DNA from: Chrysomallon squamiferum
Taxonomy: Eukaryota; Animalia; Mollusca
Assembly: GCA_012295275.1 (NCBI GenBank)
Contig: CM022678.1
Location: forward strand, 186,001 to 250,000
Reading direction: 5' to 3'
Length of the DNA: 64,000 bases
Within the stretch, counting starts at the first letter, position 1; the number at the start of each line of letters is the position of its first letter. Made by a program: the position numbers and the translations under genes. The notes beneath the pieces are model-generated. The model was not told the DNA's origin, searched no databases, and saw only the letters and a program-made list of their open reading frames with translations. Of this stretch, positions 1-13,098 are shown piece after piece.

Positions 1-1813
1 AAAGTTTCTTTTTCTGATATGTTAATTTCATTTTACACAGATTTGATGCAAAAAAGCTTGACAATGTTCTTAGTCCATACGCAACACAGTGACTTGGAAC
101 AGATGTTAAATTTATTGATTTTTTTTCAACTTTCAAATCATTATGAAGGAGACTTGAAATATTGCTGAGAATTTGATTGGCAGTATTTATATATATGAAT
201 GATACATAAACAGTTGGAAAGTTTTCTTCAAAAAAATGTATATTTTGGCTACGAAATACATCTTGATCAATTCCACGTAGTCCTTGATGCAGTATTTCAG
301 ATGTTTTGCCATAAAAGTGTTTTTCCTCTGTCATATACTTAACAAACTCTTCATCTTTCAGTGACGGATGTGAGATAATTTTTCTGAAATTGTCTGATGC
401 CAGCAAAACAGTAAATCTGCGAGCAAGAACATCAAAGCAGTCAGGTCTCACAGTCATTGTAATGTGACTTTTGTCAGACACTCCAGGTGTCACAACATAT
501 TCTAACAACATGGAGACAGGACACACTTCTAGCAACTCTGCTGCTTTCTTTGGAAACTCTGATGAAAAAATCAGAAACAAAGAGTCAAACACTGATTGGT
601 GAATAAATGTGTATCTATTGTCAGAACACTCCAGATACGTACCACACATTATATCAGCTGTTTTCTTTATATCTGTAAGATCTGTGTTTTTTACACTCTG
701 ACAGACTCGCTCTAGCAGTCTTACTAATTTCATTATGTCACTGTCAGAGGCATTTTCAAATGGATCCAGTGAATCAATGCTGAGACTGCCTTGCTGAAAC
801 ATGATCAGCAGTAGAACCAGGTAATTAATCTGTGAAGATTTATCATTTTTCAAATTTTCCAGCCCTTGTCTCAGATATTCTACAGGTTTCTCAAAAAACT
901 TGACTCCTCTTTTTTGTGCATCACTTGAATTAACATAATAAACACACACCTGAGGAAATCCTAACTCTGTACATGTATTGTAATTGCCACAACACCATAC
1001 ATCAGTTTCATTCATTTTAACATCCTTTTGTTTGAGATATCTGTTTAGAATTTCTTTTTTTCATCATAATCCAGACAACAGTCATCACTCTGCAGATCAA
1101 GAACATGATTCTCATTAAACAGACCAAATTCCTTCAAACTAGTTTTACTTTCTAAAATATTTGTTTTCTTAAAGTAATAATACATTTCAAAGAACCTTCC
1201 TGAACAAGACTCCATATCTCTGGAAATTTGAGTTTCCATGATTCTATAAAATCTGAAACGAGATTAGTCTTACCAAATATATCATCAATGAGAACAACAC
1301 TTTTCTTATTTCTAGATAGAGGGATGTCACTGAATCCAGTGTGATGAGTCAGTGAGTAAGATTCTCTTTTTTCTTCATTTTCAATCTTTCTCATCATGCT
1401 CAAAGCTAGAGTTGTCTTTCCTAAACCTGGACTTCCTACTACAATCACAACACCATACTGCTTCAAAAGTTCAACACCTCTTTTCTCTGCTCTTGTTTCA
1501 ACATAGACTCTCCAGTCAGCTGAGTTTAACACTGACCTGGTACACTCTGTATTACAGCATTAAAAAACCCCATCTATTATTAATTATTTTGAACATATTT
1601 TACCATTTAGATATAAATAATATAATTTTCAACTGGATATCAGAGGTCAAGTTCTTAAAAGAAAAATGCTATAATTTGTTTCATAAGTTTAGTTCAGCAG
1701 AATTTAATGAAGATAAAAAGTTGTCACAATTTTAGATGGTGTAAAAGTAACAAGATGATTATTTTGTTATTTATGAATTTATTTGGAAATTGTACAAATA
1801 ATAATAAAAAAAT

Positions 1814-1875
<62 letters not shown>

Positions 1876-3100
1876 CTTTGATATTGGATGCTCGCACATC
1901 AGTCTTTGCTGAAATAATATAAAAACAAAACAAGTAAATTTGTGTTATTGATGATCAGTAAAAGAAATGATTGAAGTGATCTGTACAATTACTCTGCATT
2001 TTATTCATCAGCAAACATGTAACATTATTATTAAATCTTTGTTATTTATTTTACTACAATTATTACTACTATTATCAAAACTACTGCTGTTGTTTCTTAT
2101 CATTAATGCTATTTATTGTTATTGTTCATATTATTATTACTATTATTACGATTATTATTATTATTATTATTATTATTGTTGTTGTTGTTGTTGTTGTTGT
2201 TGGTGTTGGTTTTGGTGGTGGTGGTGGTGGTGGTGGTGTATGATTATTGTTGTTGTTGTACCTTCTTCTGTATATTAGTATCCACATGTAATAATAATGA
2301 CAGGTAGATAGTCTTGTTTAATTCATGTATATATTAACAGTTTAAGATTAAACTCTAGTTCAGTTCAGCATAAATAAACTGTGTCACTGTCTGAACATAT
2401 GTGTGTGTGTGCAATGCATGTCTGCATATATATGTGTGTGTGTATGTATGTGTTCAGTGTATGTGTTATATAGGTATATATTTAAATATCTTGTATGTAT
2501 TGTGTATATGTCTGTATGAGCATGTTACTATGTTGTTCAGGTCACAGTGATAGAAATGTACTAATGACTACTGTGATGTGTATTCTGTTATTTATTAAGC
2601 TGGTAGAAAAAAGAAACTTTCAGTTTTTAACTTACTAGTTTTAATAACTTGATTTCCAAACACAACATTCCTACAATTAGACGCAGCCTGGTAATTCTGA
2701 ACTGTGATGTTATTTACATTGTGCTCTACCACTGGTTGCGTTCTTCCAGTATCTTTGTAAACAGAGTAAAAGAAATTAGTTAAATTCACAATTTAAAAAA
2801 TAATTTCTAAAAACAATATATCTACTTGTAGAGATATGACACTGTACACTATTAATGCAGTCTGTCCTGACAGTATTTCTGAATATAACTATTCATTTTT
2901 TTTTTAAATATGTATAATATTGTTATGAATATAAAAGAAAAAAAAGTCACATTTCAAAGCCTAACAAAAATTAAAACAAAATATAAACAAGAGTTGAAAT
3001 ATTTCATTATTAAAGATACAAATAATTTTGTCATACTCTCTGAGGAAGACATATCTGTAACGTTAGATGAAATCTGTGAACTCTTTTTTCTGTCATTCAT
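1..3100 (-). pseudogene. STAND NTPase (nSTAND3-like) gene, copy A; 5' part only, two frameshifts, runs off the window start
   Basis: Exons 3037-3110 (ATG at 3100), 2636-2752 and 1546 to <1 have canonical AG/GT sites and compatible phases. Walker A GSPGLGKT, Walker B VLIDDIFG, IITLR, GFPQ and FIHQS motifs are present. Alignment to copy B shows 1-bp deletions at about 1153 and about 1057. 1-3420 is colinear with about 18742-22080, introns included. Confidence 0.8.
2636..2752 (-). CDS. Symmetric phase 1-1 exon with RHIM/cRHIM-like motif, copy A (TGRTQPVVEHNVNNITVQNYQAASNCRNVVFGNQVIKT)
   Basis: 117 bp, tttacaaag acceptor and gtaagt donor, open and in frame with the NTPase exon; conserved with 21273-21389. 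Confidence 0.75.
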
Positions 3101-4928
3101 GTTGGTTGAGCTGTAAAAAATAATATAATGATTTTTAAAACAAGAATAAAATTGTTTTAATGTATTCTATTCACTGCTATATAAGATTAAGCAAAATTCA
3201 GATAAAAAATAAAATAAAACCCACTTCATGGTATATTCTTTCTCATGAACAACAAGTGATATTTCCTTTAAACATACCCAGACAGTACATACACTGCTAA
3301 AATGAAAATTGCTTTCGTTCCATAAATATATTCCTGAAATATTGTTATAAAATATCAGAATCTAAGTAAGTTTTAATAAAAGTCCTCATTTTCTAAACAG
3401 TGATGAGATTGTTATATAAAGATAGACTTTTAATATCAGGGTGACAAGATTTCTTGTGTGGCTGTGTTTAAAAACTGTCATTTACAAACCACCAATACAG
3501 TAATGATATCTATAAATAGTACAGCATTCAACCATTAAAAAAACTTTCTTTATTTGCTGTTTATTTTTTAGAGGTGATTTCTCAATGCCATATATACAGG
3601 TATTTGAAAGAAAAAAAGAAAAACATACATATATTAATGTTATTTCATGCAGTTTAAACATTATTTTACAATAATTATAATAATTTATTAATGTTTATCA
3701 TATATTCATTCCTTTTGAATGTAAATGGTTTTTGAAAATAATGAAACAGATCACTACTCTATTTGTATTTAAATAGAAATCCAGGTGAACCGTCTAAAAA
3801 ATGAAAATAGCTAACATATAAAAAAAGTCAATAAATAACTTATTAAATAAAGAGCTGTAATACGTTACTACTAATAATAATACATATAAAAACATACTAA
3901 AGATCAGGTTAAAATGTTTAAGTGCTTGTGGTATTTAGGACAATGTGACGAATTCACTGTTAAGACATTGTGCAGAAAATAAAAAAATAAAAAAACAAAC
4001 ATTTGTCTATATTGTGAGAAGCTAAATCATTTCAATAACGGCGCTACATACAAACACAATTACAAAAACGGAATTAGTTTCATTAAACAAAATAGAAAAG
4101 GAATTCAAAAATAATACAGTATATGAGATAATATTATTATAAAATTTTTCATCCGTAACATCCATATACGAGAATTGTAAATACAATTTCGCTGACAACA
4201 TATTTTCAAGTCAGGCTTTATGTAACGTTTTTCATATGAATATAAAAGAACACCTGACACTAGCATGACGTATTTGTTAGAGAACTAACTCTGATATATC
4301 TAAAAATAATCAAACTAGGAACACTCGAATCGTTAAAACATAATAAATTATAAAATATCATCCGCTTTCAATATGGCCGACTTGTTTCACTTCTGTTTTG
4401 TTTACTTTTAGCTATCAGAATCCGCCACTGATAAACACGTTGACTGACGTCAAATATCTTACACGTCATCAGGTGTCACTTCTCAGGTTTCAATGTCAGA
4501 CTGAAATACACAAATCGTGTTACGAGACATGTACACTCATCTTACAAGCATTTTTCCTTCAAGTAAATTATATTGATTTAATGTAGTTCTATTACTCTGC
4601 ATTGTTTTTATTTGTTATTAAATGTATATACTACTACTACTACTACTACTACTAATAATAATAATAATAATAATCATAGTAATAATAATAATAATGATTC
4701 AAAAGAAAAATGAAAAATAAGTGCAGCTATTAGTTTTAGAACTATATCGGTGCCAACTATCGGTACTCTCTTAGAAGCGAGTTATTCCCTGTTTAATTAT
4801 TCTACTCATTGATCAAAGCCAAGATCACAGATAGTAAATAAATAGCTTGATAAAAATAAAATAAAAATAAAATATTTTGAATACATGAATAAATAAATGG
4901 AACTGAAATAAAGATGGGATAAAAATAT

Positions 4929-5128
4929 NNNNNNNNNNNNNNNNNNNNNNNNNNNNNNNNNNNNNNNNNNNNNNNNNNNNNNNNNNNNNNNNNNNNNNNN
5001 NNNNNNNNNNNNNNNNNNNNNNNNNNNNNNNNNNNNNNNNNNNNNNNNNNNNNNNNNNNNNNNNNNNNNNNNNNNNNNNNNNNNNNNNNNNNNNNNNNNN
5101 NNNNNNNNNNNNNNNNNNNNNNNNNNNN
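4929..5128. other. Assembly gap (200 N)
   Basis: Run of exactly 200 N, consistent with a fixed-size scaffolding gap. Confidence 0.99.
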
Positions 5129-5504
5129 TTATTTTGTATCTTTTTTGTTCTATTTCTTATAGCTTTTCACATCTCATTCGATTTCTTTACTGAAGCGAAA
5201 CTTACTATGCTGATTGTTTGCAGGTTTGAATAATAACAAATATACGAGTGTTTTATAATTGTCGAGGTCACACTCGACACACAGTCATATTGAAGATGTG
5301 ATCGTTTTATTAAGTAATGAAATAAACTACTTTGCAGTTAAAACAAATACAGCACAAACGTGCATTTAAATTTGTCCCGTTTTTCTCAGACTTTACATCC
5401 GTAATAAGCCAATTACTTAGAAAAATAAGTTAATTTTAGAAAGTTTTTTTATAACTGTCAGGATAATATTTAATATACGTTTTATTTTAATAAAACATTA
5501 ATGT

Positions 5505-6070
5505 CATAGGTTAGGGCTAGGCCCAGAACTAGGTTAGGGCTAGGGTAACATTAGTGTCATATTTAGTTTTGATTTTATGGTTAGAGTTAGGTTAGTATAA
5601 GACTTAAAATTAAAGTTACCGTTGGCATTATCGTTAGGGGTTAGATTCTGGTAAGATTTAGTTATCTGTTTACCATATGACTAGGGTTAAAGTTAGTTTT
5701 ATGGTTAGGCTTAATGTTGGCTTGTATGCAGATGGCGCTAGATACAAGATTGGACGTCCCCCTGTTCGCATCTACGTCCTCAGCCTTCCGTAGATACATG
5801 CTAGTAAGGACGTATGTGAAATTGTACTTTTCACGGAAACAGGCACGTCGGTTCATTTCGGCGACACTCGGTAGGTTTGAAGTCGGCGACTGGAAAAGAA
5901 ACGTGAAATCGTGACGTCATCGGAGCTCGATACAAGATTAGAAGTAAAGTTGTTTTAACAATGCACTGGGCAGCGTCCGGTCAGCTTCTACGTCTGCAAA
6001 CACGTCACGTGTTATTTTATAACAAAAAAAATATTAATAGTATTTTAATGTGAGTTATTTGACGTCAGCT
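5505..6070. mobile_element. Dispersed repeat with degenerate TTAGGG-like tract and one monomer of the 54/55-bp satellite
   Basis: ggttagggctaggg-like tract at about 5505-5715; monomer at 5925-5976; the following ~95 bp match the right flank of the array at 44470-44560. Element class not determined. Confidence 0.5.
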
Positions 6071-6651
6071 GTTAGAAGATGATAACAAGATGATAACGAG
6101 GTTTCTACATACGTTCATAATGTAGTGAAAATATTTATCGTACTTCAAAAATGTATTTATTCAGTATATGCAGTTTTTAATTATAGTCTTTCAATACTTT
6201 TGACATACTTAAAACAGATTCAACTCAGACATTCCTTTCAAAAACTATCTTTTAATTTATTGTTTTAAATAATTGTAGTAATATACCAGAGTAAAATATT
6301 TCAGTTTTTAACAGTGATATTGAAAATGTTAAATTGTGCACACATGAATATAGGCAGCACTGAATCATTAACATCCAATATGGCGTCTGATGTATTTCTA
6401 TTACCTAGTGCATTGTTTGTGAATTCAATAAATAATTCAATAAATACAATAAATAAATAAATAAATAAAACTAAATTCTGACCATTCTGATTATAAAACG
6501 GTTTTATAAATTTCTCAGCCGTTATATTCAGGTGTTAAATCTCAGTAATGCACTTCTAAAAAATCTTCCGCTTCTGTGAAACAGCCATTTGTGAGATGTA
6601 CGTAAAAACAAGAAAAAACTGAAATGTATTACTTCATTAACAGGTTATGAC

Positions 6652-6688
<37 letters not shown>

Positions 6689-6718
6689 TTCCAACAATCG
6701 CTCTATTTTTAAGCACAA

Positions 6719-6749
<31 letters not shown>

Positions 6750-6824
6750 ATATATATATACACACATTTTTTTCACTTTCAAAGGTAAATCAGAATCATA
6801 TGCTAGCAGATTCTTTTATTTATT

Positions 6825-6936
<112 letters not shown>

Positions 6937-6947
6937 ATCTCTTAGTG

Positions 6948-7221
6948 AAGCAGCCGTGAGGTTGCCATGACAACTCATACAATGCATTACTCAATTGGAG
7001 TGTGTTTTTCTTGAACAATACAGGAAATTTACTTTATCTAATAAAGAAAACAAAAGTAATATACATTTATAAAATATATTTACTATGTTAATTGAATTAC
7101 AATACACTCTGTAATAATAATTGTTATTTTAAAATACTAGCAGTTTAATGGACTTTTACTATCAAGGATTACTTACTTAGGTATCATCCCATTTGTTACA
7201 CATCTATTTGTCACAGACCTT
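6948..7221 (+). repeat. ~275-bp dispersed repeat; inverted copy at 52278-52551
   Basis: aagcagccg...gaggttgccatgacaactcatacaatgcattactcaa...tttgtcacagac matches the reverse complement of 52278-52551 with few mismatches. Confidence 0.9.
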
Positions 7222-7580
7222 GTAACAGAACAGTTCATAATCGAGTGAACTGGTAAATCAGATGCAATTGATCCGTATTACAATTTATCAGAATTAAAAA
7301 AAAAAAAAAAAAACTTTAAACAAAGCAGTTTAAAGTTGTTTCATTTAGTTGTATTGGAAAGTTGTTTAATTCCCATCGCTAATCCCAACCAAAACAACAG
7401 CTTAAGACAAAGGTATTATCACGTGACTTGCACAACCAACCAGACCAAGTATTTTGTTAATCTGATTTCCTGTTTCTAAAAGTGAAAACAAAATATCTTG
7501 TGACAATCGTTGAGCAAACTTACTGTCGCACAAAAAGTACATAAAGTATATATACAGATCTCAATTATATAAAAATTAGG

Positions 7581-7621
<41 letters not shown>

Positions 7622-7817
7622 CACATTTCCTAATTTCTTTCTATTTGATTATTCTCATTGTATTTAGTAACTGAATAAAATGAAATGTTAATATTATACA
7701 AATTGGCTTAGTCAGTTCTTCAGCTGTAAGAACATGGTGTGTAACAAATGAGAGACAAACAGCATTTGTCCAGTTTATCCATTAATCAAAGACACGGTTA
7801 ATTATAAACCCAAAGGC

Positions 7818-8029
7818 TGAACATTGATCTACACTTAGTTGATAACAAATATACAGAAGCTGACATATTTCATACATTATTTATGTAACAGTGGCATAAC
7901 CAGCAAAGGTTAGCACATTAAACAATACTTTTTGTTTGTTTTTATTTTATTTTTTATGTAACAGAAAAACAAACAAGTAAATTAAAAGTAAATCACTAAA
8001 AAGTCTTTTTTCATTCAATAATAATAATG

Positions 8030-8092
<63 letters not shown>

Positions 8093-8501
8093 GCAATAAA
8101 ATCAATAAAAAAAATCATTAATAATAGAATCATTTTTTATTATATTTTATTTATTTATTTACTTTTAAATCTAAAATTACCTCACATAATAAAACAAAAG
8201 TTCAAAATTCAATAATAATAATAATAACAATAATAATAATAGTGAACATTGATCTACACTTAGTTGATACACAAAATAAAGGCAGTTTGCACACTGTACA
8301 ATGCCAACTACAACAAATATACAGAAGCTGACACATTTCATACATTATTTATGTAACAGTGGCATAACCAGCAAAGGTTAACACATTACACGATACCTTT
8401 TGTTTGTTTTTATTTTCTGTTTTATGTAACAGAAAAACAAACAAGTAAATTAAAAGTAAATCACTAAAAAGTGTTTGTTCATTCAATAATAATAATGATA
8501 A

Positions 8502-8586
<85 letters not shown>

Positions 8587-8707
8587 GCAATAAAATCAAT
8601 ACAAAAATAATAAATAATAGAATATTTTTTTATTATATTTTATTTATTTATTTATTTACTTTTAAATCTAAAATTACCTCACATAATAAAACAAAAGTTC
8701 AAAATTC

Positions 8708-8772
<65 letters not shown>

Positions 8773-8785
8773 TAACAACAACAAC

Positions 8786-8820
<35 letters not shown>
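7818..8820. repeat. Tandem duplication (~425-bp unit, 2 copies) containing (AAT)n tracts
   Basis: tgaacattgatctacacttagttgata starts at about 7818 and 8243, and the downstream sequence is colinear in both copies. Confidence 0.85.
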
Positions 8821-8821
<1 letters not shown>

Positions 8822-9613
8822 TTATACAGTACAAGTATTCAACGTAATTTAAGGATCAGAAATTAGACCAAATAATTTTTAATAATAATACTAGTGATGA
8901 CAAAACAAGTTGCCAAGAAAAAAAGAAAAATGTTTAAGGGAATAAAAAAATGTATAAATTTTGCTCCTCACGATAACATCATACAGTATTTAATAATAAG
9001 TTTAAAAAATGCATAATTTAATAACAAAATGATTTTATGTATCAAATAATTTCTACAAGGAAAGAAACATCAAGACAGGCCAAAAACCAGTTTATACAAA
9101 ACAATCATTCAGTGTAAACATTAAAATCATTTTTAATAATAATAATAATTCATCACAAAAAAATGTAATTTCATGCAAGATTTTTACAAATAACATGAAT
9201 CAGTTTTTACTTCACTCATAGTTCAAACAGATATATGTAAACATTAAATAAAAATAATCCTATTTTTAACTTACATTTACTTTAATAATTATTCACTATT
9301 TTACAGCTATTAAATAGATAACTGTAAATATTAATTAAAATAATCCTAATTTAAACTTAAATTTACTTTACTAATTATTTAATATTTACAATTATTGAAT
9401 AAATAAATGTAAACATTAGAAACTAGAATTTTTTCTAATTTAAACTTAAATTTACTATATTAATTATTCGCTATTTTATAGTCATATGTAGACATTCTTA
9501 AATAAATATATTCCTAATATATACTTACATTTATTATTTATCGAATATTTTATAATTATTAAACACACACAGATATATATATATATATATATATATATAT
9601 TTCCTCATCCCCA

Positions 9614-9652
<39 letters not shown>

Positions 9653-11764
9653 CACTATAATAGTTATCTGTGTTATATGTCAAAAAGAAATAAGAGTATG
9701 AAAATATTAAGTGTACATTACAATGCATTGTTCTCTAACTATTAAATATGTAAATGCAGATAAAATGTATTGAAAATGAAAACTATCATTTTCTTTATTA
9801 ATTTTGTTACTGTCTGTTTTCTAATGATAACTTAGTCAAATTTAAACATTATGTGAAACTATTTCCTTATTAATAAGAGGAAACAAATGCAGATATTTTC
9901 TTTGTTATGACAATGAGTTATGAAACGAACAGTAAAAAAGTGTATATATACATACACACACATGCACACATCATAATTATAAACATAATAACATATTTAG
10001 TAACTACAGATCTATATATAGGTGTATATATGATAATATAATACATATTAAAAAAAGTATTACAATTTATTTATTAAATACAAACATTTTATCAAATGTC
10101 TATAAAAATCTTATATTAAACATTGTAATAGTAGTTCACCTGCTATAAACACAGTGAAAATATTTAGTAACTACAGATCTATGTTTTTAAAAAGAAAAAA
10201 TAATATATATATATATATACACACACACGCATACATATATATCAATATATATTAAAAAATATTACAATATATTTATAAAAAACAAAACTTTTATAAAATA
10301 AGACTATAAAATTTATATTGAACATTGTAGTACTAGTTCACTTGCCATAAACACAGTGAAAATATTTAGTTCTACAGAACTATTTTGTTATAAAATAAAA
10401 ATGTTAATAAACATTACATTAGTCTAAACACAGTAAAACATTCATTTAGCATGACAGAACTATTTTGTAAAGTAAACACAAAATCCTTTGCATTTAACAT
10501 TAATACACAATTTTACTTAGTAAAAACAATATAAGACAGCACTATTTTATAAAGTAAAACCTATGTATTTTACTCAACATTAAAACACAACTTTAATTAA
10601 AACATCCAATTTAACAGATATGTTCACACATGAACAGCAACACGAGTAATAATCAAGTCATCATGAATAAAAACTGTCTAACTTTTCACTGACTGAATAA
10701 CCAGATGAAAATTAACATCAGTATTTAATATTGTTGTATTATTATTATTAACCCTAACTTATCTTAATTTCTTTTTAAACTGAATTGGGTAATAAATCCC
10801 CCAAAGTGTTTGAGTGAAAAGTAAAAATCAAGTGAAAATTACGTAAGGATGCACAGCATTATATTATTTCTTCTTACGTATAAATACAAACAGACAACAC
10901 AGTATTTAAACAGAAACAAAAGACTATACAACAGGAATACAACAAATTATACAGTTTGGTACAATATTTCAATAGATACAATATATTATACAATATGGTA
11001 ATACAATATTTGTACAGAAATAGAAACTATACCATACTTCAATACAATCTTTGAACTGATAAAATAGACTTTACCATTCATTAACACAATATTTCAACAG
11101 ATGTAATAGTAATACAATATCTGTACACAAACAAAAACTACATTAATACAATACTTGAATATATACAATAGACCATAATATGGTAATACCTGTATATAAC
11201 CAGAAACTGCACCAAATATTATTTAAATAGAAATAGCAGAGTACACAGCACGGTAATGCAGTATTTGAATATAAACAATATATAGTATCTAGATATGGGC
11301 CATTCCATGGTATTTGATCCATGGTATGCAAATTTTAAAATGATCCATTAAACTAAGAATTTATTGATAATGAAAGTTAAAATCATTAAGCATGTAAAAA
11401 TATGTTGTCATTAACAGTTTACTTCTGTTTTATGGTTTCTGATGACATTTGTATTTGGAAAATGTAAATTGTAAGACGTGACGTGACATTTTTTTTTTTT
11501 TTCAGTAATGTTAAACTAGGTGTGACGACAACATATTCACAATATACAGTGTATGAAAAACCTATTTTTGCCTTCTTTAATGTCACAATTTATGTTTGTA
11601 ATTAATTTGCAAAAGATATAATGTCACGTCCTGGCTACTTTGACATATAAAAGTTAATATTATTTAAGAAATATTCCTAAGAAATAAAAAATACTTTTCA
11701 ATTTTCCTCCTACTCAAGAGGAACAAACTAATTAGAAGCTATGTAAGTAAGAGCTGGTATAAAT

Positions 11765-12608
11765 GTATAAAACAAAGTGACAGTCTGAGCCAGGACGTGA
11801 CAAACAAGAAAATACACGTATGTACAGCAGTTATCAGATCTATGTAAGTAACAGCTTGTATAAATCAAAGTGACAGTCTGAGCCAGGATGTGACAGACAA
11901 GAAAATACACGCATGTACAGCAGTTATCAGATCTATGTAAGTAACAGCTTGTATAAAACAAAGTGACAGTCTGAGCCAGGACGTGACAAACAAGAAAATA
12001 CACGCATGTACAGCAGTTATCAGATCTCTGTAAGTAACAGCTTGTATAAAACAAAGTGACTGTCTGAGCCAGGATGTGACAAACAAGATGGCTGGTGGTT
12101 GAGAAAATACACGCATGTACAGCAGTTATCAGATCTATGTAAGTAACAGCTTGTATAAAACAAAGTGACAGTCTGAGCCAGGATGTGACAAACAAGAAAA
12201 TACACGAATGTACAGCAGTTATCAGATCTATGTAAGTAACAGCTTGTATAAAACAAAGTGACAGTCTGAGCCAGGACGTGACAAACAATAAAATACACGC
12301 ATGTACACCAGTTATCAGATCTCTGTAAGTAACAGCTTGTATAAAACAAAGTGACAGTCTGAGCCAGGACGTGACAAACAAGAAAATACACGCATGTACA
12401 GCAGTTATCAGATCTCTGTAAGTAACAGCTTGTATAAAACAAAGTGACAGTCTGAGCCAGGACGTGACAAACAAGAAAATACACGCATGTACAGCAGTTA
12501 TCAGATCTCTGTAAGTAACAGCTTGTATAAAACAAAGTGACAGTCTGAGCCAGGATGTGACAAACAAGAAAATACACGCATGTACAGCAGTTATCAGATC
12601 TCTGTAAG
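11765..12608. repeat. 93-bp tandem repeat, 9 copies
   Basis: Unit gtataaaacaaagtgacagtctgagccaggacgtgac...gtaagtaacagctt starts at 11765, 11858, 11951, 12044 (16-bp insert), 12153, 12246, 12339, 12432 and 12525. Confidence 0.95.
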
Positions 12609-12907
12609 CAGTGAACTGAGCAGAGGATTCTGTATCACGTAGAAGACAGATGAGAATATATTTCACTATGTTCAACAGTGTAGTTAGAAGAATGCCTCTC
12701 ACACAAGACATGACCATTGTATGACAAATACTGCAGTGATCCACAATGCCTGGCTCCAGAAAGACAGAAAAATACAGAAAGAGAGAGACAGCAGAGAGAA
12801 CAAAATAATGAATTTAGCAGAACAGCAAAGAGGAAAAAGAAGAAAAGATGACGGACAGGAAACAAAGGGAAAGATTGAACAAAATACAACGTAACCACAC
12901 ACGAAGG

Positions 12908-13098
12908 AAAACAATTAATTATGGACAAATAAGGTAGATGTGTTAAGCTAATAAAACAATTACTTATGGACAAGTAAGGTAGATGTGTTAAGGTATTAAG
13001 CTAATAAAACAATTACTTATAGACAAGTAAGGTAGATGTATTAAGCTAATAAAACAATTACTTATGGACAAGTAAGGTAGATGTGTTAAGCTAATAAA
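12908..13098. repeat. ~45-bp tandem repeat, ~4 copies
   Basis: aaaacaattacttatggacaagtaaggtagatgtgttaagctaat repeated. Confidence 0.9.

Noticed and set aside
5505-5715. True or interstitial telomere
   Set aside because: TTAGGG-like units are scattered and degenerate rather than a tandem array; more likely part of a dispersed repeat.
11728-12744. 338-aa ORF and overlapping ORFs
   Set aside because: Translations of the 93-bp tandem repeat, open in several frames and with no recognisable domain.
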